Assembly: GCA_023150895.1 (NCBI GenBank)
Contig: JAKLJY010000012.1
Location: 336-64,335, forward strand
Source of the DNA: Myxococcota bacterium
GTDB taxonomy: Bacteria > Myxococcota_A > Bradymonadia > UBA7976 > UBA1532
Direction: 5' to 3'
DNA length: 64,000 nucleotides
In this document: positions 9,421 through 17,928 of the stretch, piece by piece
Layout of the letters: each line of letters opens with the position of its first letter
Numbering within the stretch: position 1 is the first letter of the stretch
Notes under the pieces: generated by a model
What the model was told of the DNA's origin: nothing
Database searches by the model: none
The model's input: only the letters and a program-made list of their open reading frames with translations
Position numbers and translations under genes: made by a program

Positions 9421-9954
9421 ATGACCGGCCCCCCCAACCCCCCCCGAACCGACGCCGTCACGCCGACGGAAGACGAGCGCGCAAAGCGTTGGGCCGACGC
9501 CCCGCTGGCCGAACTCATCGATCACGTCCTCGGCGTGTACCACCGCGCGCACACCGAAGCGCTGCCCCGCGTGCGGGTGCTGGCGAGGGCAGCGGTGGAT
9601 GAGGCGACCGACGAGGCACGCCCCGCGCTGCTCGAGCTGGAGAGACTGTTGCAGGGGCTCGCCGACGAGCTCGCCGATCACATGCACAAGGAAGAGACCG
9701 TCCTCTTCCCCTGGATCCGCTCCGGGCGCGGGCGCACGGCCGGCGCGCCGATGCGCATCATGTGCGCCGATCACCAGCGGTCGACGGAGACGCTGATCAC
9801 CCTGCGTCGCCTCGCCGGCGCGTTCGACGCAAGCCGCCCGGCGTCCCCCGCGCGCCAGGCGCTCTGCGTCGAACTCGAGCGCCTCGAACGCGACGTGGAC
9901 GAACACATCCACCTCGAGAACGACATTCTGTTCCCGCGCGCGCTCGCGGGATGA
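9421..9954 (+). CDS. hemerythrin-like (HHE cation-binding) domain protein, DnrN/NorA/RIC-like
   Basis: Two HHE-type motifs are present (DHMHKEETVLFPW and DEHIHLENDILFP). It is transcribed divergently from norR and sits immediately upstream of norC. Confidence 0.6.
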   Translation: MTGPPNPPRTDAVTPTEDERAKRWADAPLAELIDHVLGVYHRAHTEALPRVRVLARAAVDEATDEARPALLELERLLQGLADELADHMHKEETVLFPWIRSGRGRTAGAPMRIMCADHQRSTETLITLRRLAGAFDASRPASPARQALCVELERLERDVDEHIHLENDILFPRALAG

Positions 9955-9979
9955 CGACACGAGAGAGAGGAGAGGATCG

Positions 9980-10669
9980 ATGCTGTCAAAGTCCGCCGCG
10001 CGCACGTTTTTCGTGGCCGGCACCGGCGTGTGCGCCGCCGCATTCCTCGGTCTGACCTTCGACACGCTGGCGAAAGTGCCCGAGCGTTCGAAGGCCGCTC
10101 AGATGACCGAGAGCGTGCGACGCGGCCACGATCTGTGGACCGACAACAACTGCATGGGGTGTCACACCCTGCTCGGCGAGGGGGCCTACTACGCGCCCGA
10201 GCTGACACAAGTGGTGAATCGCCGCGGGGCGGCCTGGATCAAGACGTTCCTGAAGGACCCCGAGGCCATGTTCCCCGGCAAACGCAAGATGGTCCGCTAC
10301 GACTTCACGGATCGGGATCGCGACGACCTGGTGGCCTTCTTTTCCTGGGTCGGTGAGATCGATACCAACGGGTTCCCGCCGACGCCGGTGTATCGCATGA
10401 CGGGCGGACCCGCGGTGGGCGCCGCCCCCATGAAGGGCACGCCGCCCCCGACGTTCGAGCAGGTCTGCGTGGCCTGTCATGCGCTCGGCGGCAAGGGCGG
10501 TGCGGTTGGCCCGGCGCTCGACGGCGTGGCGAGCCGCTACACGACGGAGAAGCTGCACACCTGGCTCGCCGATCCGCAGGCCGTGAAGCCGGGCACGGCG
10601 ATGCCCAACCTCGGTCTGAGCGAGGCCGATCGCGGCGCGCTCGTCGACTTCCTCATGCTGCAGAAGTGA
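9980..10669 (+). CDS. norC: nitric oxide reductase subunit C-like membrane-anchored cytochrome c with additional C-terminal heme c domain (two CxxCH)
   Basis: A GGAGAGGA RBS precedes the ATG. An N-terminal TM anchor is followed by CMGCHTLLGEGAYYAPEL (NorC-like) and a second site, CVACHALGGKGG. Located directly upstream of norB. Confidence 0.8.
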   Translation: MLSKSAARTFFVAGTGVCAAAFLGLTFDTLAKVPERSKAAQMTESVRRGHDLWTDNNCMGCHTLLGEGAYYAPELTQVVNRRGAAWIKTFLKDPEAMFPGKRKMVRYDFTDRDRDDLVAFFSWVGEIDTNGFPPTPVYRMTGGPAVGAAPMKGTPPPTFEQVCVACHALGGKGGAVGPALDGVASRYTTEKLHTWLADPQAVKPGTAMPNLGLSEADRGALVDFLMLQK

Positions 10670-10679
10670 GAGGCACGCC

Positions 10680-12023
10680 TTGAAATACTCTACGCAACGC
10701 ATCGCGTATCTGTTCTTCGCGACGAGCATGTTGCTGCTCACGCTGCAGATCATCTACGGCTTCATCATGGGCTTCGCGCACATGGGCTACGACGGACTGC
10801 ACTCGGTCATCCCGTTCAACGCCGCCCGCGCGACGCACACCAACCTGCTGGTCATGTGGCTGCTGAGCGGCTTCATGGGCGCGGCGTATTACATCATCCC
10901 CGAAGAGGCCGAGCGCGAGCTGATGTGGCCGAAGCTGGCCATCGTGCAGTGGGCGGCGCTCGTCATTACCGGCGTCACCGCCATCATCGGGTTCCATCTG
11001 AACTGGTGGGAGGGCCGCAAATTCCTGGAGATCCCGCGCGGGCTCGACTTCCTGGTGGTCGTCGACGTGCTCATGTTCATCTTCAATATCGCCGCGACGA
11101 TCTGGCGCGGCAAGCGTATCACGACGACGAGCTCGGTGCTGTTCTTCGGTCTGCTCGCCGCGGCGCTGCTCTATCTGCCGGGCATGATCACCTTCGACTC
11201 GCAGGTCCTCGACAGTTACTTCCGCTGGTGGGTGGTTCACCTCTGGGTGGAGGGCGTCTGGGAGCTCATCATGGGCGCGATTCTCTCGTACCTGCTCATC
11301 AAGATGACGGGGGTGGACCGCGAGATCGTCGAGAAGTGGCTCTACATCATCGTGGGCGTGACGTTCCTGTCCGGCATCCTGGGCACGGGCCATCACTACT
11401 ATTACATCGGCACGCCGAAGTACTGGCTGATGATCGGTGGCATTTTCTCGGCGCTCGAGCCCCTGGCCTTCCTGGGCATGGCGTTCTATGCCATCGGCAT
11501 GGCGCGCAAGGGTGGTCGGCAGCACCCGAACAAGATCGCCCTCACCTGGACGCTCGGCTGCGCGGTGATGAGCTTCGTCGGTGCCGGTTTCCTCGGGTTC
11601 GCGCACACCCTGCCGGCCGTCAACATGTGGACGCACGGCACGCTGGTCACCGCCATGCACGGCCATCTGGCCTTCTGGGGCGCCTACGCGATGCTCATCT
11701 TCGCGATGATCGCCTACGCGTTGCCCGAGATGACCGGCCGGGCCATCTACAAGGGCCGTCTCGCGGAAATCTCGTTCTGGACGAGCAACATCGGCATGGT
11801 GGCGATGACCGGCGCGTTCGCGGTGGCCGGCGTGGCGCAGGTCTACATGGAGCGCATGTCGGGGATGGACTTCCTGGCCGTGCAGGAAGCCATCGAGGTG
11901 CACTTCCTGGGCCTGGTGCTGGCGGCGACGCTCTTCAGCGTGGGCATCGTGGCCTTCATCGTCGACTTCGTGCGCTACGGCAAACCGCAGCCGGTCGACG
12001 GCGGCGCGGCGGTGACGGTCTGA
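10680..12023 (+). CDS. norB: nitric oxide reductase large subunit NorB (heme-copper oxidase family)
   Basis: TTG start giving MKYSTQRIAYLFF, a typical NorB N-terminus. 12 TM helices. Conserved His ligands are present (GHHYYYIG, HGHLAFWGAY). GAGAGG RBS. Confidence 0.9.
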   Translation: MKYSTQRIAYLFFATSMLLLTLQIIYGFIMGFAHMGYDGLHSVIPFNAARATHTNLLVMWLLSGFMGAAYYIIPEEAERELMWPKLAIVQWAALVITGVTAIIGFHLNWWEGRKFLEIPRGLDFLVVVDVLMFIFNIAATIWRGKRITTTSSVLFFGLLAAALLYLPGMITFDSQVLDSYFRWWVVHLWVEGVWELIMGAILSYLLIKMTGVDREIVEKWLYIIVGVTFLSGILGTGHHYYYIGTPKYWLMIGGIFSALEPLAFLGMAFYAIGMARKGGRQHPNKIALTWTLGCAVMSFVGAGFLGFAHTLPAVNMWTHGTLVTAMHGHLAFWGAYAMLIFAMIAYALPEMTGRAIYKGRLAEISFWTSNIGMVAMTGAFAVAGVAQVYMERMSGMDFLAVQEAIEVHFLGLVLAATLFSVGIVAFIVDFVRYGKPQPVDGGAAVTV

Positions 12024-12028
12024 GCGTC

Positions 12029-12829
12029 ATGTCGACCCCGACCCCCACCCCGACCCCTTCGCTGCCCTGGTATCTGCCGGTCGGCCATGAGATCGAACTG
12101 TTCGAACACTGCCACCGGCAGCGTGTGCCGCTGATGCTCGAGGGGCCGACGGGGTGCGGCAAGTCGCGCTTCGTGGAACACATGGCCGCGCGGCTCGGGC
12201 GTCCGCTGGTGACGGTCTCTTGCCACGACGATACCTCGGCCGTGGATCTGCTCGGTCGTTACCTGGTGGTCGGGGGCGACACGCGCTGGCAGGACGGGCC
12301 GGTGACGCGGGCGGTGCGGCAGGGGGCCATCCTCTATCTCGACGAGATCGTCGAGGCGCGCTCGGACGTCGTCGTGGTGATTCACCCCCTGACGGACCAC
12401 CGCCGGCAACTCGTCGTCGATCGGCACGACGAGGTGCTCGCCGCCCCCGACGCGTTCATGCTCGTGACGAGCTTCAACCCGGCCTATCAGCACGGTCTGA
12501 AGGCCCTGAAGCCGTCGACGCGGCAGCGGTTCGTGGGCATGAAGTTCGACTACCCCGAGGCCGCCGTCGAGCTGAAGGTCCTGACGGGTGAGACGGGCAT
12601 CGACGAGGGCACGGGGAAACGCCTCGTGGCGCTCGGCCGCAAGCTGCGCGGGCTCGACGAGCTCGGCCTCGCGCATGGGGCGTCGACGCGACTCCTGGTG
12701 AACGCCGCACGCCTGATCGTCTCCGGGCTGCCGCCCCGCGTGGCCGCCCGAGCGGCGCTCGTCGAGCCGCTGACGGACGACCCCGAGGTCGTCGCGGCCC
12801 TCTCCGACCTCGTCGCACTCGCGTTCTGA
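12029..12829 (+). CDS. norQ: NorQ/CbbQ-type AAA+ (MoxR family) ATPase
   Basis: Walker A LEGPTGCGKSRF. The ATG lies 5 nt after the norB stop. Confidence 0.85.
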   Translation: MSTPTPTPTPSLPWYLPVGHEIELFEHCHRQRVPLMLEGPTGCGKSRFVEHMAARLGRPLVTVSCHDDTSAVDLLGRYLVVGGDTRWQDGPVTRAVRQGAILYLDEIVEARSDVVVVIHPLTDHRRQLVVDRHDEVLAAPDAFMLVTSFNPAYQHGLKALKPSTRQRFVGMKFDYPEAAVELKVLTGETGIDEGTGKRLVALGRKLRGLDELGLAHGASTRLLVNAARLIVSGLPPRVAARAALVEPLTDDPEVVAALSDLVALAF

Positions 12830-12830
12830 C

Positions 12831-14720
12831 ATGAGTTGGGACGCCGAAGAGGTCCTCTTCCGCGCCGTGCGCGGGGCCTGGCGTGCCGTGGCCGGGCGCC
12901 CCGGCCCCCGCCTCGACGACGAACGCGCCGTGCGTCTGCCAGAGATCGAAGCCCGTCTGCTCGCCCTCGCGCAGACCCTCGCCGGGCGGCGCCTGCTTCT
13001 GAAACCGGCGGAGACCGTCGGCGGCGTGCGCGGGGTGGTTCTCCTGCTGCCGGCCGTCGTCGACGTCGGCACCACGCGGGCCGACGCCCTCGAACACAGT
13101 GTGTTGCGCACAGTGATCTCGGCCCGGATTGCCGCCACGCCCGCCGATGACACGGGCGGGTCGCCGGCGGCCGGCCGCGACGGGCTCTCCGCCACGGTGG
13201 ACGCCCTGCTCGCCGCCCGCGCGGCCATCGACGCCCTCTGCGTCGAGTGGCCCGGCTTCGCTGCGCGCCATGCCGCCGCCGTGCGTCGAGAGTTCGAGGT
13301 CCGCACGCGACCGGCCCGGGAGACCCCGCGCGAGGCCGCTCTGGAAGACCTGCGCCGGGCGCTCGCGGAGGGTCTCCCCCTGCCCGACCGGGCGGCGGTG
13401 CTCGCGCGGCTGCGGGCGTTGCCACACAAGGGACCCGCGCGACCGGGGTTTCTGCTCTGGGGAGAGGCGCCCGCGGCGACCGATCTGTCCCTGGCCGACG
13501 CGGCGATGGCCGCCGCAGACCTCGCCGTCCGACCGCCGGACGGGGACGAGCGGATCGCCCCGCCGCGCGACGCGGTCGAACGCATCTTCTTGCCGAAGAC
13601 GGAAGAGATCGAACCGCTGCCGATGCACACCTTCGAGAAGATCGAGACGCTCGAGGCCTTCAAGGGCGGCCTGCGCAAACTCGACGGCGACGATGAGCTC
13701 GAGGAGCACCTCGAGGCCCTGAGCGAAGTGGATCTTCGGCAGGTGCTGCGCGGCGGCGACGACGTGCATGGCATCTATCGCGCCGACGTCGACCTCAGCT
13801 CGGACATCCCGGATGTGTCGCGCGCGGGCACCGACGAGCGGGGCATCCCCTACGACGAGTGGGACGCCCGGCGGGGAGTCTATCGCTCGCACTGGACCAC
13901 CGTGTACCCGGTCGTCGCGACGACGCGCGCGCCCGGCAGTGGCGCCGAGGCCGCGCGCCGCAACGGGCGGACGATCCGGACGCTGCTGCGCCGCCTGGAG
14001 GCCGAACGAACCCGATTCGCCCACGTTGATCGGCAGCTGGAAGGCGACGACGTGGACCTAGACGCACTCGTCGACGAGCACGGCCTGCGCCAGAGCGGTC
14101 ACGACGCGCCGGGCCGTGTCTATGTGCGGCGCGAACGCCGACAGCGCGACGTCGCGACGACACTCCTGCTCGACATCAGCCTGTCGGCACAGTCGTGGGT
14201 CGAGAATCGCTGCGTCCTCGACGTCAGCCGGGACGCCGCCGTCGTGCTCGGCGAGGTGGCGGCGAAGCTCGGGGACGCGCTGGAAATCCTGGCCTTCGCG
14301 AGCAACACCCGGAACCTGTGTCGAGTGTTCACGCTCAAGGCCTTCGACGACCCGTGGTTCGCGGTGCGCGACCGCCTCGGCGCCCTGGCCCCCCAAGGCT
14401 ACACCCGCGTCGGCCCCGCGCTGCGCCACGCGACGGCGGGTCTGCGCGGACGCCCGGAGCGCCATCGGATGCTGATGCTCGTCACCGACGGCAAACCGAC
14501 GGACTACGACCGCTATGAAGGCGCCTATGGCATCGCGGACGTTCGACAGGCGGTGCGCGAGGCGGCGCGGGACGGCATCGTCGTGCACGCGCTCGGCATC
14601 GATCCGCGGGCCCGCGGCGCGCTGCCGGCGATGTTCGGCCCGGGCGGTTGGGAGGTCGTGCGGCACGTCGGCGAGCTGCCGGCCGCAGTGACCACGGCCT
14701 ACGGCAAGCTCAGAAGCTGA
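12831..14720 (+). CDS. norD: NorD (von Willebrand factor A domain protein)
   Basis: The ATG lies 1 nt after the norQ stop. The C-terminal VWA domain contains LMLVTDGKPTDYD (MIDAS-like). Confidence 0.85.
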   Translation: MSWDAEEVLFRAVRGAWRAVAGRPGPRLDDERAVRLPEIEARLLALAQTLAGRRLLLKPAETVGGVRGVVLLLPAVVDVGTTRADALEHSVLRTVISARIAATPADDTGGSPAAGRDGLSATVDALLAARAAIDALCVEWPGFAARHAAAVRREFEVRTRPARETPREAALEDLRRALAEGLPLPDRAAVLARLRALPHKGPARPGFLLWGEAPAATDLSLADAAMAAADLAVRPPDGDERIAPPRDAVERIFLPKTEEIEPLPMHTFEKIETLEAFKGGLRKLDGDDELEEHLEALSEVDLRQVLRGGDDVHGIYRADVDLSSDIPDVSRAGTDERGIPYDEWDARRGVYRSHWTTVYPVVATTRAPGSGAEAARRNGRTIRTLLRRLEAERTRFAHVDRQLEGDDVDLDALVDEHGLRQSGHDAPGRVYVRRERRQRDVATTLLLDISLSAQSWVENRCVLDVSRDAAVVLGEVAAKLGDALEILAFASNTRNLCRVFTLKAFDDPWFAVRDRLGALAPQGYTRVGPALRHATAGLRGRPERHRMLMLVTDGKPTDYDRYEGAYGIADVRQAVREAARDGIVVHALGIDPRARGALPAMFGPGGWEVVRHVGELPAAVTTAYGKLRS

Positions 14721-17700
14721 GCCGGTCCGTGCCCACCGGGCGACGGCGCCGACGCCGGGCGACGGCGAGAGCGAGCAGCACGAACGGGAGCACCGCGAGG
14801 CTCCCGGAGGACGACGAACCGGGGACCGCCATGCAGCCCGCCCGTCCGTCGAGGGCGGCCTGCCGCGTGCGCGGGCCGGCCCCGGTGAGATCCGCGGGCG
14901 CTGACCCGGCGGGCCTGAGGGCGTCCGGCGCGTCGGGGTCCGGGGCGGGTTCGGGTTCGACCGGCTCGTTCGCCTCCGCGCCGGGTCGTGCGGGCGGGCC
15001 TGCATCGAGATCGCCCGGCGGCAACTCCGGCTCGGGCTCCGGCTCGGGCTCGACGGGCCCGCCGTCGTCACGCGCGGGCAGTGTATCGATGATCGCGCTC
15101 GCCCCCGCCGACGTCTGTACCCAGACCGGCCGGGGTGTCCAGGGCGGGCCCTCTGTGAGCGCGGCGACCTCGCCGGCGGGCACGGTCGCGACGGCGTCGA
15201 AGTCGAAGTGCCAGGCCGCCATGACGTCGGCGTTCGGGACGTGCCGCCGGTGCGTCCCGTCGACCACCCACACCTCGGGCGCGCCGTCGTCGCTGCGGAT
15301 GAGGCGCGGAGCGGCCGGGAAGTCATCGCTCTCGGCCCGGGCGTCGACCTCGGCCGTCGGCGCCGGCAGGGCGTCGAAGAAGGGATCGAGGCGCCAGGGA
15401 CCCGCGTCGACGAGCAGCCGACGCTGCCCCGGCGGCGGTGTCGGCGCGCACTCGAGCGTCGCGGGACTGCCATCGAGCTCGGCGTTCGCGCCCCCGGCCG
15501 CGCCGATGGCATAAGCGTGCACGGGGTGCGGCGCGCCGTCGAACAGACTGAACGGGGGCGCAAAAGCGAAGCCGTGCTCGCAGCTCCCGAGGGGGCCGCA
15601 CAGGTCGTCGCGGCGGTCGTCGGCCCGCACGGAGACACCGGGTGCCGCCCCGCCCGCCGGGCCGCCGAAGTACAGATGAACGTCGAGGGGCGCCGCGGCG
15701 TCGTCGGGATCCTGCGCCCACCCCCGCGCGGCGTCGCAGCCGGCCGCCTCGAGGTTGCCCTGCGGCGGTGCGTCCGGCGGCTCGACCTCGACGGACCAGA
15801 AGTCGAGACCCGTCTCGTCGATCACCGTCTGCAGACTGTCGTTGTAGCTCGCGTAGCGCTGGTTCCAGCAGCCGTAGTCGGGCCGGCAACCGTTGTAGTA
15901 ATGCGTGACCGTGCGGATCCACTGATCGCGCAGCGTCGCGTCGTGGATGTCGAAGTTCTGGAGCCAGATGAGCGCCCGCTCCTCGTTCTCGGCGTTGCGC
16001 GTGTATTGCGAGCGGAACGTCATGTTCACGACGTAGTCGATGGCATGGCTGACGTTGCCGGCCACCAACAAGACATCCCGCCCGTAGCGACCGAGCGTGT
16101 CGTCGAACGTGCCGGCGTCGAACTGAAACATGCCGAGGCCGCCTTGACGATCGGCGCAGGGACCGTCGGCCGATCCGGCGATCACCGGCCCGCCGCCGCA
16201 ATCCGCGCTGTCCGGTCCCTGACAGGCCCACTGCGCCTCGGACCAACAGTGGGCGAGGCCCGTCTCGGCGTGCGCGATGCCGCCGAGCAAGTACCCGGTG
16301 CGCGTCAGGCCCCGCGCGGCCGCGGCGTCGCGGATTTGGGCGTACCGTGCCATGCGCTGCTCGCGATTGAGGGCGGCCTGCACCGTCTCGAGCGCAGGCA
16401 GCGCGCGGCCCTCCGGTTCGGGTGCAGGGTACTCACACCCGGGGAGTATCGACGCGAGCGCGGCGACCGCGGCCACGACGCCGGCCCGGCGCTGGCTCGG
16501 ACGACGGCGGCGGTGGCGCGGGAGCCCGAGTGTCAGCAGCAAGAGTGCCCCCGCCCCCGGCCCCGCGGCCCCCGGACGCTGCGTGCAGCCGCCCCCACCC
16601 TCGAAGGCGGCGTGTGTCGTGCGAAGTCCCGGCCCCTCGGGGCGCGGCACCCCGGCGTCGAAAACGCCGTCCGGCAGCGGCGACGGCGGCGTCGACCCCT
16701 CCGGGGCATCACCGTCGGGGGGCGTGGCGTTCACGGGCGGGCGGTCGTGACCTGCATCCGCCCACGGCGCGCCCCCATCGGGCTCCGTCGGCGCAGGCGG
16801 ATCGGGCGGCCCCGCCGTGGCGTCCGCTTCGCCCTCCACGGGCGTCACGGCGGCGTCCGGCGTTTCCGGCGTCACGGGCGGGTCCGGCGTCTCGGGCGGA
16901 CCCGGCGGGGGCGGCACGTGCGGCCGGATGCGCACCGCGTCGACCAGGATGTGTTGATCGCCCGGCACGTTGCCATCGTAGTTGTCGAAGACCTCGACGG
17001 CCTGCGCCTCGCCGGCGCCGAAGGAGTACACCCCGAGCGGCTGCCACCCGTCGACGGCGCTCTGATCGACGATCACATCGTCGGCCCCGCCCGGGTGACG
17101 CACCGTGTACCGCGTCCGCGGCCAGATCCCGTAGGCGCCGCCCGTGCGGACCTCGACTTCGTAATCGCCGGGCACGGAGACGTGCAGCGACCAGCGCGCC
17201 CAGTTGTCCGGCTCCGCGGCGGCGAAGGCGTTCGTCCAGCGCAGGCGCCCGCCCTCGCCCTGACCGTCGACGATGCGCCAGTAGTTCGACGGCCCGAACG
17301 CCCGGAAACAGGTGCTCGCGTCGTCGACGACCCCGCCCTCCGCCGGCAGGGGCTCGCAGGGGAGCCCGACACACGGGCCGCCCCCCGGGCCACCGCCCCA
17401 CCACTCCCAGTGCCAGTCCTCGCTCGGCACGGTCCGCTCGAAGCCGTACGCCGCGCCGTTGGCGTTGAGCCAGCGCAGGACGCCGCCCGCCGCCGTGTTC
17501 AGGTCGAGGGCGTGTCCGCTCTGATGGTTCGAGAACCCGGGCCGCGCCGCGAGGTTGCAGTTGTTGCAGTTGCAGTTCTGGTAGCAGTTCCAGAAGTACG
17601 TCTGCTCGTCCATCGTGCGAAAACCGCTGGAAATGCGGATGTTCACGCCGTCGTTCGCCGCCGCCGCCTGCATGACGATGTACGCGTTGGCCGTCTCGCG

Positions 17701-17928
17701 TTCGACCGGCTCGCCATCGACGCTCACGACCGTGATGTCGAAGGGCTCGCCCTGCACGTACCCCGTGTCCGTGCGTTCGCTACAGTCGTAGACCGCCTGC
17801 TCGATGGTCTCGAGATCCGGGGGTCGCACGAAGTCCCGGCCGTCGTCCGGGTCGGGACCGGGCGCGCCCGGGTAGGTGCAGCCGACGAAGGCCAGGGCGA
17901 TGAGCCCGAGACGGACCGATGCGCTCAT
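14710..17928 (-). CDS. secreted two-module lipoprotein: N-terminal M15 (VanY-like D-Ala-D-Ala carboxypeptidase) module ending in a MYXO-CTERM-like segment, then lipobox-like segment + lysozyme/SLT-like module + terminal MYXO-CTERM
   Basis: Lipobox MSASVRLGLIALAFVGC. M15 motif GFSNHQSGHALDL. An internal sorting-signal-like segment, GGGGCTQRPGAAGPGAGALLLLTLGLPRHRRRR, is followed with no stop codon by AGVVAAVAALASILPGCEYP, then HAETGL...GGLGMFQFDAGTF, and a terminal MYXO-CTERM GCMAVPGSSSSGSLAVLPFVLLALAVARRRRRR. GAGGAG RBS. An ATGA overlap joins it to the upstream PLD gene. Confidence 0.6.
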   Translation of the reverse strand: MSASVRLGLIALAFVGCTYPGAPGPDPDDGRDFVRPPDLETIEQAVYDCSERTDTGYVQGEPFDITVVSVDGEPVERETANAYIVMQAAAANDGVNIRISSGFRTMDEQTYFWNCYQNCNCNNCNLAARPGFSNHQSGHALDLNTAAGGVLRWLNANGAAYGFERTVPSEDWHWEWWGGGPGGGPCVGLPCEPLPAEGGVVDDASTCFRAFGPSNYWRIVDGQGEGGRLRWTNAFAAAEPDNWARWSLHVSVPGDYEVEVRTGGAYGIWPRTRYTVRHPGGADDVIVDQSAVDGWQPLGVYSFGAGEAQAVEVFDNYDGNVPGDQHILVDAVRIRPHVPPPPGPPETPDPPVTPETPDAAVTPVEGEADATAGPPDPPAPTEPDGGAPWADAGHDRPPVNATPPDGDAPEGSTPPSPLPDGVFDAGVPRPEGPGLRTTHAAFEGGGGCTQRPGAAGPGAGALLLLTLGLPRHRRRRPSQRRAGVVAAVAALASILPGCEYPAPEPEGRALPALETVQAALNREQRMARYAQIRDAAAARGLTRTGYLLGGIAHAETGLAHCWSEAQWACQGPDSADCGGGPVIAGSADGPCADRQGGLGMFQFDAGTFDDTLGRYGRDVLLVAGNVSHAIDYVVNMTFRSQYTRNAENEERALIWLQNFDIHDATLRDQWIRTVTHYYNGCRPDYGCWNQRYASYNDSLQTVIDETGLDFWSVEVEPPDAPPQGNLEAAGCDAARGWAQDPDDAAAPLDVHLYFGGPAGGAAPGVSVRADDRRDDLCGPLGSCEHGFAFAPPFSLFDGAPHPVHAYAIGAAGGANAELDGSPATLECAPTPPPGQRRLLVDAGPWRLDPFFDALPAPTAEVDARAESDDFPAAPRLIRSDDGAPEVWVVDGTHRRHVPNADVMAAWHFDFDAVATVPAGEVAALTEGPPWTPRPVWVQTSAGASAIIDTLPARDDGGPVEPEPEPEPELPPGDLDAGPPARPGAEANEPVEPEPAPDPDAPDALRPAGSAPADLTGAGPRTRQAALDGRAGCMAVPGSSSSGSLAVLPFVLLALAVARRRRRRPVGTDRLSF

